A stretch of 64,000 bases of DNA from NCBI GenBank assembly GCA_964291215.2, contig OZ219790.1, positions 896,001-960,000 on the forward strand, given 5' to 3'. Shown here piece by piece: positions 42,931 through 53,689 of the stretch (the stretch's first letter is position 1; every line of letters starts with the position of its first letter). This DNA comes from Alphaproteobacteria bacterium (lineage in GTDB: Bacteria; Pseudomonadota; Alphaproteobacteria; MPNO01; UBA830). The translations under genes were made by a program, and so were the position numbers. Under the pieces are notes generated by a model. It had not been told where the DNA came from, did not search any database, and worked only from the letters and a program-made list of their open reading frames with translations.

Positions 42931-43992
42931 ATGCAAACTTCTCCCGATGTTCAATTCGCCGCCGCCGGCTCGGCAGGCCGAATCCACATCAACAAACCCC
43001 GATCACTGAACTCGCTGACCGAAGCCATGTGCAGCGACATCCATACCCGGCTCCGGCAATGGCAGGACGACGACGCGATACGCGTGGTGATCGTGACCGC
43101 CGAGGGCGACCGCGCCTTCTGTGCCGGCGGCGATGTACGCAAGGTCTACGAGATCGGCCGCACAGACCCGGTCGACGCGCGCCGCTTCTTTGCCGCCGAA
43201 TACCGGATGGACGCACTCATCGCCGGATTCCCCAAGCCCTATGTCTGCCTTATCGACGGCATCGTGATGGGCGGCGGCCTCGGCATCTCGGTCAACGGCC
43301 GTTATCGGGTCGCGGGCGAGCGCACGACGGCGGCCATGCCCGAAACCGGAATCGGCCTGCTGCCCGATGTCGGCGCCACCGCATTTTTGAACGCAGCCCC
43401 GGGCCGGATCGGGCTGTATCTCGGCCTCTCGGGCGCACGCATGAACGTCGCCGACACCCTTCATGCTGGCTTCATGACCCATTTCGTCCCCGCCGCCCGC
43501 CATCCGGCGCTTGCCGACGCGCTCGCCGGCCTCGGCAGCAGCGATGACGACTTCGCAACCGTCGAGGGGGTGCTCGGCGACTTTACCGAGGACCCGGGCC
43601 CGTCGGAGCTCGCTAGCCACCAGGACGACATCGACCGCCTGTTCGCAGCCAACACCGTCGAGGAGATCGTCGCGGCGCTGACCGCCGATGGCTCGGAGTT
43701 CGCGGCCGAGACTCTGGCGACGCTGCGCCGCATGTCGCCGACAAGCATGAAGATCACCGCACGGCAGCTGACCGGCCATCCCGGCCTCTCGGTGCCCGAG
43801 GCGCTTACGCTCGAATACCGGATGATCTGCCATGTGCTCGAGCGTCACGACTTCTACGAGGGCATCCGCGCCGTGCTGATCGACAAGGACGGTAACCCAT
43901 GTTGGAATCCCGGCACCTTGGAAGAGGTCGCTCGCGAAGAGGTCGAGGCCCATTTCACCCCGCTCGGGGATGCCGAGCTGGTCCTCTGGTGA
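42931..43992 (+). CDS. 3-hydroxyisobutyryl-CoA hydrolase-like crotonase
   Basis: [43 protein letters not shown]. Confidence 0.9.
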   Translation: MQTSPDVQFAAAGSAGRIHINKPRSLNSLTEAMCSDIHTRLRQWQDDDAIRVVIVTAEGDRAFCAGGDVRKVYEIGRTDPVDARRFFAAEYRMDALIAGFPKPYVCLIDGIVMGGGLGISVNGRYRVAGERTTAAMPETGIGLLPDVGATAFLNAAPGRIGLYLGLSGARMNVADTLHAGFMTHFVPAARHPALADALAGLGSSDDDFATVEGVLGDFTEDPGPSELASHQDDIDRLFAANTVEEIVAALTADGSEFAAETLATLRRMSPTSMKITARQLTGHPGLSVPEALTLEYRMICHVLERHDFYEGIRAVLIDKDGNPCWNPGTLEEVAREEVEAHFTPLGDAELVLW

Positions 43993-44024
43993 ACTGTCCG
44001 ACAACCACAACAGAAAGGCCATCC

Positions 44025-44801
44025 ATGACCCACGAATACATCATCGTCGAGCGGCGGGACCGCGTCGGCGTCATCACGCTCAACCGCCCGGAGGCGCTCA
44101 ACGCTTTGTGCTCACCGCTGATCGCCGAGCTCAACGGCGTGCTCGACGAGTTCGAGGCCGACAACGGCATCGGCGCCATGGTGCTCACCGGATCCGAGAG
44201 GGCCTTCGCCGCCGGCGCCGATATCAAGGAGATGCAGGACAAGACCTGGCCCGATGTCTATATGGAGGACTTCATTACCGCCGGATGGGAACGGCTCGCC
44301 GCCTGCCGCAAGCCAACGATCGCCGCGGTCGCGGGCTACGCGCTCGGCGGCGGCTGCGAGATCGCGATGATGTGCGACTTCATAATCGCTGGCGACAACG
44401 CCAGGTTCGGACAGCCGGAGGTCAATCTTGCCGTCCCGCCCGGCGCCGGCGGCACCCAGCGCCTGACGCGTTTCGTGGGCAAATCCAAGGCTATGGACAT
44501 GTGCCTGACCGGGCGCTTCATGGATGCTGAGGAAGCGGAGCGTTCGGGACTGGTGTCGCGCGTGGTGCCGGCGGCGAATCTCGTCGAGGAGGCCGTCAAG
44601 GTGGCGGAGGTCATAGCGGAAAAGGCGCTTCCCAACACGGTACTGATCAAGGAATCGGTTAACCGCGCCTACGAGACGACATTGTCCGAAGGCATCCGGT
44701 TCGAGCGCCGGATGTTCCATGCCTCCTTCGGAACCGCCGACCAGCGGGAAGGAATGGCCGCCTTCGTCGAGAAGCGGAAGGCGGAGTTCCGACGCGAATA
44801 G
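44025..44801 (+). CDS. Enoyl-CoA hydratase
   Basis: [35 protein letters not shown]. Confidence 0.93.
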   Translation: MTHEYIIVERRDRVGVITLNRPEALNALCSPLIAELNGVLDEFEADNGIGAMVLTGSERAFAAGADIKEMQDKTWPDVYMEDFITAGWERLAACRKPTIAAVAGYALGGGCEIAMMCDFIIAGDNARFGQPEVNLAVPPGAGGTQRLTRFVGKSKAMDMCLTGRFMDAEEAERSGLVSRVVPAANLVEEAVKVAEVIAEKALPNTVLIKESVNRAYETTLSEGIRFERRMFHASFGTADQREGMAAFVEKRKAEFRRE

Positions 44802-44872
44802 GGAACTGCAGCCGGCGTCTCGGGGAAATTCAGACCGGATTCCACACGGGACCGGCGGACGGAGACGGGTTG

Positions 44873-45868
44873 ATGGATATCGTTGCCTATGCCGCGTCGG
44901 TCGGCCATTCGGTGTGGTTCTCCCGTGATGTGGGCGAGACCTGGAACCGGGCCAACACGACGACCGGCGGCATCTACAACGAGTCGCGCTGTTGGTGCGT
45001 GTCCACCCATCCGGCAGCACCCGGACGCGTGCTGTCCGGCACAGATCTCGGCATCCACCGCTGGGATCCGGACGCGACGCGCTGGACCCATGTCGCCTCA
45101 CCGATGGACGGCCTTCACATACTCCAGATGGCGCAACACCCCGAAGATCCCGGATTCATCGTCGCCGGCACCCGGCCGGCGGCCATCTATGTCTCGGAGG
45201 ACGGAGGCACATCCTGGTTCCAAGCGCCGCTTGACAACGCCGACCACTGCGAGGTCATCAATATACCACGCGTCACCTCGATTCAGTTCGATCCAGCCGA
45301 CTACGACACGATCTGGATAACCATAGAGATCGATGCCATATGGCGATCGACCGACCGCGGCCGCAACTGGGAGCGCCTCGGCAGGGGACTCCGTACCGAC
45401 GACACCCACAACCTGGTGATCATCGACGATCTCGGCGAACGCCGGATCCTGTGCTCAACCGAGCTCGGGCTCCACCGCTCCGACGACAACGGCAAGAGCT
45501 GGCATCATGTCGACGTTCCGGCCGCTCCGTGGCCGTATTTCCGGTGCATGACGCGACGGCCCGACGACAGCGGGATCCTGTTTCTCTCGGTTGGAGACCG
45601 ACCGTCAGGGGAAACCGGCCTGCTGCTCCGAAGCCGCGACTGGGGCGAGACCTGGGAAGATGCCGGTCTGCCCGAACCCGTCAATTCTACGATATGGTGG
45701 ATCGGCACCAACGCCGCCGACCCGTCGCTACTGTTCTGTTGTACAATCATGGGCCAGATCTTCCGCTCCCACGACGGTGGCGAGAGCTGGCAGAAGATAC
45801 GCCGAGAGCTCGGCGAACTACGCATGATCGCATGGGAGCCGGTCGCCGGAACCACCGGCGCGTCCTGA
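44873..45868 (+). CDS. BNR/Asp-box beta-propeller protein (YCF48-like), no signal peptide
   Basis: Six SxDxGxxW Asp-box repeats. Confidence 0.8.
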   Translation: MDIVAYAASVGHSVWFSRDVGETWNRANTTTGGIYNESRCWCVSTHPAAPGRVLSGTDLGIHRWDPDATRWTHVASPMDGLHILQMAQHPEDPGFIVAGTRPAAIYVSEDGGTSWFQAPLDNADHCEVINIPRVTSIQFDPADYDTIWITIEIDAIWRSTDRGRNWERLGRGLRTDDTHNLVIIDDLGERRILCSTELGLHRSDDNGKSWHHVDVPAAPWPYFRCMTRRPDDSGILFLSVGDRPSGETGLLLRSRDWGETWEDAGLPEPVNSTIWWIGTNAADPSLLFCCTIMGQIFRSHDGGESWQKIRRELGELRMIAWEPVAGTTGAS

Positions 45869-45884
45869 GCGGTAGGAGACATTG

Positions 45885-46574
45885 ATGAACGAATTCGCAA
45901 TGCCCCAGCAGGTCATCGACCGCGTGCTGGAAAAGCGCGGACGGCACCATGTGTTCGAATCCCTCGATCCTGAAAGGACCGCTTTCGTGGTCATCGACAT
46001 GCAGAACTTCTTCGTCACCGGGGTGCAACCCTGCCTCGACATCATTCCCAACATCAACCGCCTTGCCGGCAGGCTGCGCGATGCTGGTGGCCTCGTCGCC
46101 TGGGTGCTGCTCACGGTCGCCGAATCCCCGGACGGCCCGAGCCTGTGGCCCCTCTACCACGAATATTTCTTCACCGAGGAGAAAAGGAAGGCGCACAAGA
46201 ACGGGCTCACTCGCGGCACCGCGGGCCACGCGCTCCATGCCGACCTCGATGCGCGCGACGGCGACCTGTACAGCGAGAAGACCCGTTTCAGCGCCTTCAT
46301 CCAAGGCGCCTCGGATCTCCACGAACGCCTGCAAGAACGTGGCATCGAGAACATTCTCGTCGGCGGTACGCTTACCAACATGTGCTGCGAATCCTCGGCC
46401 CGCGACGCGATGATGATCGGCTACCGCACGGTCATGGTCGAGGATTGCAACGCGTCGCGGCTGCCCGAAGAGCATCTCGTCGGCCTGACCTCGGTCTATC
46501 AGAGCTTCGCCGACGTGCGCTCGACGGACGAGGTGATCGGCGATGTCCTTGGCACCAGGATCGCCGCCGAGTAG
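45885..46574 (+). CDS. Isochorismatase-family cysteine hydrolase (RutB-like)
   Basis: VIDMQNFF, KTRFSAF, GTLTNMCCESSARDA. Confidence 0.9.
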   Translation: MNEFAMPQQVIDRVLEKRGRHHVFESLDPERTAFVVIDMQNFFVTGVQPCLDIIPNINRLAGRLRDAGGLVAWVLLTVAESPDGPSLWPLYHEYFFTEEKRKAHKNGLTRGTAGHALHADLDARDGDLYSEKTRFSAFIQGASDLHERLQERGIENILVGGTLTNMCCESSARDAMMIGYRTVMVEDCNASRLPEEHLVGLTSVYQSFADVRSTDEVIGDVLGTRIAAE

Positions 46575-46580
46575 CGCGCC

Positions 46581-47714
46581 GTGCCGTCTCAGACCAGGAT
46601 CCCGTGCGTCATCCAGCGTGGCGGCACCTCCAAGGGGCCGTATTTCCTGACATCGGACCTGCCATCGGATCCCGGCCTCCGCGACCGCGTGCTGCTGGCA
46701 GTCATGGGGTCGCCGGACCGGCGCCAGATCGACGGGCTCGGGGGTGCGGATCCGCTGACCAGCAAGGTTGCCGTCGTCGGCCCGGCGGCAACCGCCGGCG
46801 CGGACATCGACTACCTCTTCTGCCAGGTCAAGATCGACGAACCCGCGGTAGACGTGACGCCAAATTGCGGAAACATGCTTGCCGGCGTCGCGCCGTTCGC
46901 GATCGAACACGGGCTGGTCAAGGCCGAAAACGGGGTAACCACTGTCCGCGTCCGCATGGTCAATTCGGGCAATCTCTGCGATGTCCGGGTTCTTACCCCG
47001 GGCGGCACCGTCACCTATGAGGGAGATGCGCAAATCGACGGCGCGCCCGGCACGTCGGCGCCGGTGATGATCGATTTTCTCGATACTGCCGGCTCGGCCT
47101 GCGGGAGCCTGCTTCCCACCGGGAACTCGGTGGACACCGTCGACGGTATCGCGGTCACGTGCATCGATAACGGCATGCCGCTGGTCATCCTGAAGGCAAC
47201 CGATGTCGGCGTGACCGGTTACGAGACGCGCGACGAGCTAAACGCCGCCACGGACGTCAGGAAGCGCGTCGAAGCAATTCGGCTTGCGGTCGGCGAAGCG
47301 ATGAATCTCGAGGACGTGACCGACAAGGTCGTACCCAAGATGTGCCTCGTCTCCCCCCCCGTTCACGGCGGCGCGGTCTCCGTCCGCTGCTTCATTCCAC
47401 ATGTCTGCCACGCCTCGATCGGCGTGCTCGCAGCGGTGTCGCTTGCAACCGCCTGCGTGCTTCCCGGATCGGTCGCGGCCGAGGTCGCCGCGACGCCCGA
47501 CGACAACCCCGCCCTGTTCTCAGTCGAGCATCCGTCCGGAGAGTTCTCCGTGGAACTCGAGATCGGCGACCAGAAAGATGGAATTCCCCGCATCGAACGC
47601 GCCTCCCTTCTCAGGACCACGCGCCGCATCATGGAAGGTTCAGTCCTGATTCCGGCGAGCATGTGGAACGGAGCGAACGCGCGCGACGAATCGGCCGCGC
47701 TTGCGGCCGAATAG
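46581..47714 (+). CDS. PrpF-family isomerase, 4-oxalomesaconate tautomerase-like (GalD/LigU)
   Basis: RGGTSKG, QIDGLGGADPLTSK, NCGNML, EHPSG, LRTTRRIMEG. Confidence 0.9.
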   Translation: MPSQTRIPCVIQRGGTSKGPYFLTSDLPSDPGLRDRVLLAVMGSPDRRQIDGLGGADPLTSKVAVVGPAATAGADIDYLFCQVKIDEPAVDVTPNCGNMLAGVAPFAIEHGLVKAENGVTTVRVRMVNSGNLCDVRVLTPGGTVTYEGDAQIDGAPGTSAPVMIDFLDTAGSACGSLLPTGNSVDTVDGIAVTCIDNGMPLVILKATDVGVTGYETRDELNAATDVRKRVEAIRLAVGEAMNLEDVTDKVVPKMCLVSPPVHGGAVSVRCFIPHVCHASIGVLAAVSLATACVLPGSVAAEVAATPDDNPALFSVEHPSGEFSVELEIGDQKDGIPRIERASLLRTTRRIMEGSVLIPASMWNGANARDESAALAAE

Positions 47715-47729
47715 CAGGGAGGCGCTTCC

Positions 47730-48392
47730 ATGGCCGCGGATCCGATCGTCGAACGCCTTCTCGCTCTCGACACGCCGGCGGTGTCCGACGCGCTCGACAG
47801 GCTCGAACTGGCCGGACGGGTCACCGGACTGCAGCCGCTGACGGTGACAAGGCGGATCGCCGGCGCAGTCATCACGGTCAAGCTTGGAACCGATGCGGCC
47901 ATCGGTGGCCCGAAACGCCATCTGTGCACGGCGGCCGTCGAGGCGGCGCGGCCGGGCGACGTCATCGTCATCGAGCAGAGGTCAGGGCTCGATGCCGCAG
48001 GCTGGGGCGGAATCCTGTCGAACGGCGCCAGCGTGCGCGGCGTCGCCGGGGTGGTCTGCGACGGCCCGGTACGTGATGTGGACGAAAGCCGCGCCCTCGA
48101 TTTCCCCGTGTTTGCCCGGAGCGCCACATCGGCCACCGCGCGCGGCCGAATCGTCGAGGAAGCATTCAACGGGCCGGTGACGGTCACCGACGTCACGGTC
48201 AGTCCCGGAGACTATCTGATTGCCGACAGTTCCGGGATCTGCTTCATCACCAAGGATCAGGCAGGAAAGGTCCTCGAGGCCGCCGAACTGATAGCGAAGC
48301 GCGAGGCGCTGATGACAGCCGCGGTTCGCGACGGTCAGCCTATCAGCCAGGTCATGGGAGCGGATTACGAGGACATGCTCGCAAAGAACTGA
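47730..48392 (+). CDS. RraA/HMG-aldolase family protein
   Basis: VSDALD, GWGGIL, DGPVRD, PGDYLIAD. Confidence 0.88.
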   Translation: MAADPIVERLLALDTPAVSDALDRLELAGRVTGLQPLTVTRRIAGAVITVKLGTDAAIGGPKRHLCTAAVEAARPGDVIVIEQRSGLDAAGWGGILSNGASVRGVAGVVCDGPVRDVDESRALDFPVFARSATSATARGRIVEEAFNGPVTVTDVTVSPGDYLIADSSGICFITKDQAGKVLEAAELIAKREALMTAAVRDGQPISQVMGADYEDMLAKN

Positions 48393-48551
48393 TCGGCCGT
48401 TTCGGAGTCGAACCATCCGGTGGAGGGAACGGCCGAAGCGTCATCTCCCAACCCTTCAACGACGTTCCGCGATCTCGGCGGGCCGATCCCTGACCGGTCC
48501 GCACGAAGCGCCACCGGTCACCGATACGAACCGGGCATTGTCCCGACAGGT

Positions 48552-49298
48552 TCAGCCGCCGGCCAACAGTTCCCAAACCAGCCTGACCTCCATTATCCCG
48601 ATTACCCCGACGATGATGAGTCTGAATGCGCGTGGACTGACTTTCGTCGCCATCCGCATGCCCAGCGGGACGAACAGCATCGCGGGAATGATGGCCAGAA
48701 GCCCCTGAACAATTCGCTCCTGATCATAGAGGCCGGCAACGCCCACTGTCACCATATGCATGACCGAAATCGACGTGAACAGTAGCGATATGGCGAAGAC
48801 GTACGTCTCCTTCACGAAACCGAGCGCGTACCCCCAGGTGCCGATGAACGGGCCGGATATACCCGTCGCCCCCTGGCAGATCCCCGCGGCGCCTGCGATC
48901 ACTGGCGACAGGAGTCGAACCGTTCTTCCGGTGGCCTCGATCCTGATGTTGAATGCGGCGGTAATCAGGAACACGCCGATCCAGCAGGCGAGGATGATGG
49001 TGAGCAAACGCTCGTCAATATTGGCCAGTATCCAGGTTCCAACGGACACGCAAGCCGCAGCCGAGACCAGAGACCAGAAGACCGGCGGCATCTCCCGCAT
49101 CCGGTGCCGCCATGTCCATACGACCTGCAGATTAGCGAAAGCGACGGGGATGGTCGCCACCACGATGGCATGCTGAACCCCAAAGAACACCGAGAGGATT
49201 GCGATGACGACAGCGGGCAGCCCGAGTCCGGTCAAGCCTTTGGCGAACGATCCGAAAGCCAGAGCGGCAAAGATAATGACCAGCGAACCGGCGGTCAT
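48552..49298 (-). CDS. TauE/SafE-family membrane protein
   Basis: AKGLTGLGLP, GICQGATGISGP; multiple TM segments. Confidence 0.85.
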   Translation of the reverse strand: MTAGSLVIIFAALAFGSFAKGLTGLGLPAVVIAILSVFFGVQHAIVVATIPVAFANLQVVWTWRHRMREMPPVFWSLVSAAACVSVGTWILANIDERLLTIILACWIGVFLITAAFNIRIEATGRTVRLLSPVIAGAAGICQGATGISGPFIGTWGYALGFVKETYVFAISLLFTSISVMHMVTVGVAGLYDQERIVQGLLAIIPAMLFVPLGMRMATKVSPRAFRLIIVGVIGIMEVRLVWELLAGG

Positions 49299-50050
49299 CC
49301 ACCGAGTCCTTCCCACAGCAACTTCACCTCCATAAGAGCAATCATTCCGATGACGACGCCGTTGAAGAACTTCAGGCTGACCGCGCCTCTCACCCGCATG
49401 CCGAGATACTGGAATATCAGCATCGGGATCAGGACGATCAGGCTTTCGAAGACGCGCAGCCAGTTCATCAGGCCGAAGGCTGTCAGGATACCAAGCTGAA
49501 AGAGGTTGAAAACCCCGAACAGCAGCGCGTTATAGAACACGAACGCATCCTTGCTCAGGCGGAACGACAGGATCAGGGTCGAAAACAGCGGTCCGGACAC
49601 GCCCGTCGCCCCCTGAGCAAAACCGCCGCACAGGCTCGCGCCCGCTGTCAGCAGCCGTCCCCTGACGCCGACCAGCCTGAACGAGAGGTTGAAAACGAGA
49701 AGGAAGAGAAAACCGGCCACGATCCCGGCCAGAAACAGGATGATCGTCCGGTTGTCGGACGAATCGAGGAACCACACCCCGAAGAAGAGCATCACGAGCG
49801 CGGGCACGAGCATCTCGTAGCGGAGCGTCATCTCCGACGCCGCCTGCCGGGTGTTCCACAGCAACCAGACGTTGGAAACCAGCCCGGGTATCTGCATGAC
49901 CGCGACCGAGTGCTCGGCACCGAGAAATCCAGCCATGAAGGGTATTGCGACAAGCGGCAGGCCAAGGCCGGTCAGACCCTTGACGAAGGCGCCGGCCGCG
50001 ATCCCGCAGAAAATGACCGCAAGCGCATAGGGGTCGAGCCCCGCTTCCAC
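49295..50050 (-). CDS. TauE/SafE-family membrane protein (tandem paralog)
   Basis: VKGLTGLGLP, GFAQGATGVSGP; GTG start inferred. Confidence 0.85.
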   Translation of the reverse strand: MEAGLDPYALAVIFCGIAAGAFVKGLTGLGLPLVAIPFMAGFLGAEHSVAVMQIPGLVSNVWLLWNTRQAASEMTLRYEMLVPALVMLFFGVWFLDSSDNRTIILFLAGIVAGFLFLLVFNLSFRLVGVRGRLLTAGASLCGGFAQGATGVSGPLFSTLILSFRLSKDAFVFYNALLFGVFNLFQLGILTAFGLMNWLRVFESLIVLIPMLIFQYLGMRVRGAVSLKFFNGVVIGMIALMEVKLLWEGLGG

Positions 50051-50072
50051 CGCCCGGATCTCCGGACCGCAA

Positions 50073-51011
50073 TCAGCCCGAGAGGCCGTCGGAGACGTCA
50101 GCGTTCTCGGATTCGAGCTCGAGACCGGAGGCCGCAGCCTGCAACGACAGGAGCGCGGCAAAGTCGCCGCTTCCGTGGCCATGGCCGATGAGGGACTGCA
50201 CGACCTCCCTCGCCGCCGACGCAACCGGCATCGGAACGCCTTGGTCGCGCGCAGCTGCAAGGCCGAGATCAAGATCCTTGAGAAGGAGTTCCGGAGTGAA
50301 CGTCACCGAATAATCGAGATTGACGAGCGCCGGGGTCTTGTATCTGGAAAACATCGATCCCATGACGCTGTTGTTCAGGAATCCGAGGAATGCCTCGCGA
50401 GACACACCCGCCTTCTCGGCAAGAACGGTTATTTCGGCAAGATTCTGAATGACCACGCCGAGCAACACATTGTGGCAGATCTTAACGAACCGGGCGATGT
50501 CGCCCTCACCAACATAGGAAGATCCGCGGCCCATGACGTCGAGCCAGGGCTGAACCTCGTCATAGGCCGGGCGCGGACCGGATACCGCGAAGGACAGAAG
50601 TCCCGCCTTTACGACCTTGGCGTTGCCGGATACCGGCGCCGCGAGCATCACCGTTCCCATCTCGGCGCCGATCGCACGTACCCGCGCCGAGGTCCCGGCA
50701 TCGATCGACGTGCAATCCACGAGGATGCGCGGTGCAGAATCGGACCTCAACACGCCGCAATCGCCGGCCGTCACCTCGACAAAATCATCGGGTCCGGCAA
50801 CGATAGTGAAAACGACATCCCGGTCGGCCAGCGCGGACGGGCTGTCGACGATGGTCGCACCGTCATCGGCGAGCGGTTCCGCCTTGGACCGCGTACGGTT
50901 CCATATCGCGACATCAGCACCCGCCAGCAGCAGGCGCCGCGCCATCGCGAAACCCATCCGCCCCGCGCCTATCCAGCCGATTCGATGTCGTGTCGGATCC
51001 AGTGCGCTCAT
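50073..51011 (-). CDS. Beta-hydroxyacid dehydrogenase family (3-hydroxyisobutyrate/6PGD-like)
   Basis: GWIGAGRMG, APVSGN, KICHN, KDLDLG. Confidence 0.9.
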   Translation of the reverse strand: MSALDPTRHRIGWIGAGRMGFAMARRLLLAGADVAIWNRTRSKAEPLADDGATIVDSPSALADRDVVFTIVAGPDDFVEVTAGDCGVLRSDSAPRILVDCTSIDAGTSARVRAIGAEMGTVMLAAPVSGNAKVVKAGLLSFAVSGPRPAYDEVQPWLDVMGRGSSYVGEGDIARFVKICHNVLLGVVIQNLAEITVLAEKAGVSREAFLGFLNNSVMGSMFSRYKTPALVNLDYSVTFTPELLLKDLDLGLAAARDQGVPMPVASAAREVVQSLIGHGHGSGDFAALLSLQAAASGLELESENADVSDGLSG

Positions 51012-52628
51012 CCTCGTAATCTCCCTTGTCCAGTTGCCGCCGCATGTTGCCGAGTCCGGCCCGTGAGAACGTCCGCTCATCCGCACCGGGGATGGCGCGC
51101 CGCAACTGCGAACTCGCCGCCACGCGAGTACGCTTGTCGCCGGACGGATTGTCACGGATTAAGCAGGCACGATGTCCGCGAACGCGGTGCACTCTACCAC
51201 TTGGGGCCAGCGCGTTCTCCATCCGATCCGCTGCCGTTCGGCAAACAGCAACGGGAACCGCAGCTTCGCTGCCGAAAAAGCCGGTTCGGACACCTGACCG
51301 GCAGACATGCCTCCCGCGCAACGCGCCCGTCATTCGATCGATGTTGCGATCGCACATACCGCACTGCAGCCACGTTCGGCCGCCCTCTTCGCGCAATCGA
51401 CGATCTCGCGACCGTACCGTTCCCGAACATAGTCCTTCCAGCCTCCGGTGCCGTCCTACACGGACAACCGCCCCCGGCGCTGCACGACCGATACGCCGAG
51501 GAAGAATAGCGTCGGGATCGCGGCGACGGCCAGCGCCGCCCAGAGCCGTCCTGGAACGCGGCGCGCGGTTTCCTGCCACCGGTGAAAGTCGGCGGCACAG
51601 ATGCCGATCTGTTACTCAATCCGCTCGACGACCTCGCCTAGCTGGTCCTCCGGGACCGCACTCGAAGTCGCCTCATCCAAGCCGATGCGAATATAGCCGG
51701 ATCCTGGCCGATCGTGCCTGTAGCACCTACCAGCAAGTCAAGCAAAGTACGGATCTCTGCGAGAGCTTCGCCTTGCTTCGTCGGCAAGCGGTCGGAGTGC
51801 AGATGCGGTTTCTCCAGCGTCAGTCCCGGAACCGCCGGGATCGGACACCGGAGCTTCAAACTTCAGCGATTTCGTCATCAGCGCATGACCTGCGTTCGCA
51901 TCACGCCTCTGGTCGACGCCGAGGCCAGTTCGGAGCCTATCCGCGGGTCCAGCGCCCGCGCCGGACCCGCGGATTCGGATCGCGGGGGAATTTCGCGGCG
52001 CGATGATCCCGCCCGAACACGATAGAAATAAGACGACTCGCGAGGAGCATGCCTTGATGCGTCACAATCGAATATTGTCGGTTCGGGAGGCAACGGCGTC
52101 AAACCGCCCGGCGCAAGAAAACGCCCGCGCGCCACTGCGATAACTCACCGCCATATCTCAGAGTATGTTCCTAAAGTTGCAGGTAGCCCCAAGCCATAGT
52201 ATTTCATCAGGCTACAACCCACAGATATAGGGTATCATGGCTCCGAGGCGGCGCGACCTCCATCCAAACCTGCCTGGTGACGGCGCTTCAGCCGTCACAA
52301 ACCAGATTCTTGGGATTATCCGCGACTTTAGAAACGAATTCTCAGGGATCAGCAAACGAAACGAAACCATCGGAGCGACAGCGGTCTCGACGCCGACGAC
52401 ATGGCATGGAAACATAAAGAGCATGTATGGCCGCCAAGCATTGCCGGACGCGAATTTCCTGCACGAACTGCAATCGGAGACAGGAACGCACCAGAGTCGC
52501 GCAAAATTCGGATTCCTCCCGAAGCAGAGCACGGTGGCGGCACGACAGGACTCTCCGACAGCAACGGCAGACGACAACCGGATTCGACGTTTTCATGCCA
52601 CCCGAATATCAGCGGTTTGGCTGCACGG

Positions 52629-53627
52629 TCAGTCGTCGAAACGTCCGTGCAGAGGAACGAAGAGCTTCTCAACCGGCATCTCTTCGGGAATGAAGCCCTG
52701 CTGATGCAAATAGCGGACCAGCGCCTCCAAAGTTCTCCGGTTCTTCTCGATACCATATGACCACGGATCGCCGCCGAACAACTCGTCAATTTCACGCAAG
52801 TCGTCCATCAGCCACGGCAGCATGTAACGCTGTGCGCCGGAAAAATACATGCGCTCCAGCGCCCATTTCCTGGCCGCGCAGAATGCCTTGTAGAGGCTCT
52901 CGGCTATCCAGCGGTGCTGCTCGTGGAGATCCTTGCGAATGACCACCAGATGCATGATCGGGTGAATCCCCGTTTCGGCATAGTAGCGCTGTTCCTCGGC
53001 CCGAAAATCCGGCCAGAGATAGGCAACCCGGTCGGGGTGGGTGCGAACCGAATCGGGAAGTCTCGAGCCAAGCACTGCATCAATCTCGCCGTCGGCGAGA
53101 AGGTCCGAGAGCGACCTGTCCGACGTGTTCTGCCTCAACGTTATCGGGCGCGAGAACTTCGGCGGGGCCGGCGGCGACCCGTGCGTTCCGGGCTTCTCCA
53201 TCGCACCCTGAACCCACTCCACGGCGGAAAGATCGACGCCATAGACGTTTTCCAGGTCCCCGCGGATGAACACCGCCGCGGTTTGGGTGTAGAGCGGCGT
53301 GCCGATGCACTTGCCGGCCAGATCCACAGGCCCCTCGATTCCCGCTTCGCGATTGACGCAGACGAAGCCATGGCGAAAGGCCTTCGACGGGAAGACCGGT
53401 AGCCCGACGAACGCACAGTCTCCCCTTGCGGTCATGGTCGCGAACTCGGTGATGGACATCTCCGACAGATCGAATTCCAGTCCCCCCACCATGCGATCGA
53501 AGATTTCACGCGGCGCCTGAATCTCAAGGAAATTGAGATCGATTCCCTCGACATCGATGATTCCGTACCGCAGCGCCTCCATCCGGTCGTACGGGCCGCA
53601 TGCGAAGGTAAGGGGCAGTCTGGACAT
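52629..53627 (-). CDS. 4,5-dihydroxyphthalate decarboxylase-like protein (periplasmic-binding-protein fold)
   Basis: ACGPYDR, FDLSEMS, PVFPSKAFRH, YTQTAAV, GIHPIMH, DPWSYG, LHQQG. Confidence 0.82.
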   Translation of the reverse strand: MSRLPLTFACGPYDRMEALRYGIIDVEGIDLNFLEIQAPREIFDRMVGGLEFDLSEMSITEFATMTARGDCAFVGLPVFPSKAFRHGFVCVNREAGIEGPVDLAGKCIGTPLYTQTAAVFIRGDLENVYGVDLSAVEWVQGAMEKPGTHGSPPAPPKFSRPITLRQNTSDRSLSDLLADGEIDAVLGSRLPDSVRTHPDRVAYLWPDFRAEEQRYYAETGIHPIMHLVVIRKDLHEQHRWIAESLYKAFCAARKWALERMYFSGAQRYMLPWLMDDLREIDELFGGDPWSYGIEKNRRTLEALVRYLHQQGFIPEEMPVEKLFVPLHGRFDD

Positions 53628-53689
53628 GTCTTTCTCCCATCTGCTGCAGCGTGCGCGAACCGGACCGGTGCGCCGCTTGCAGCGCTCGT

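Noticed and set aside
42931-44801. Crotonase genes as the 4-chlorobenzoyl-CoA dehalogenase partner of the FcbA-like ligase
   Set aside because: Their motifs match ordinary 3-hydroxyisobutyryl-CoA hydrolase and enoyl-CoA hydratase, and they lie about 9 kb away
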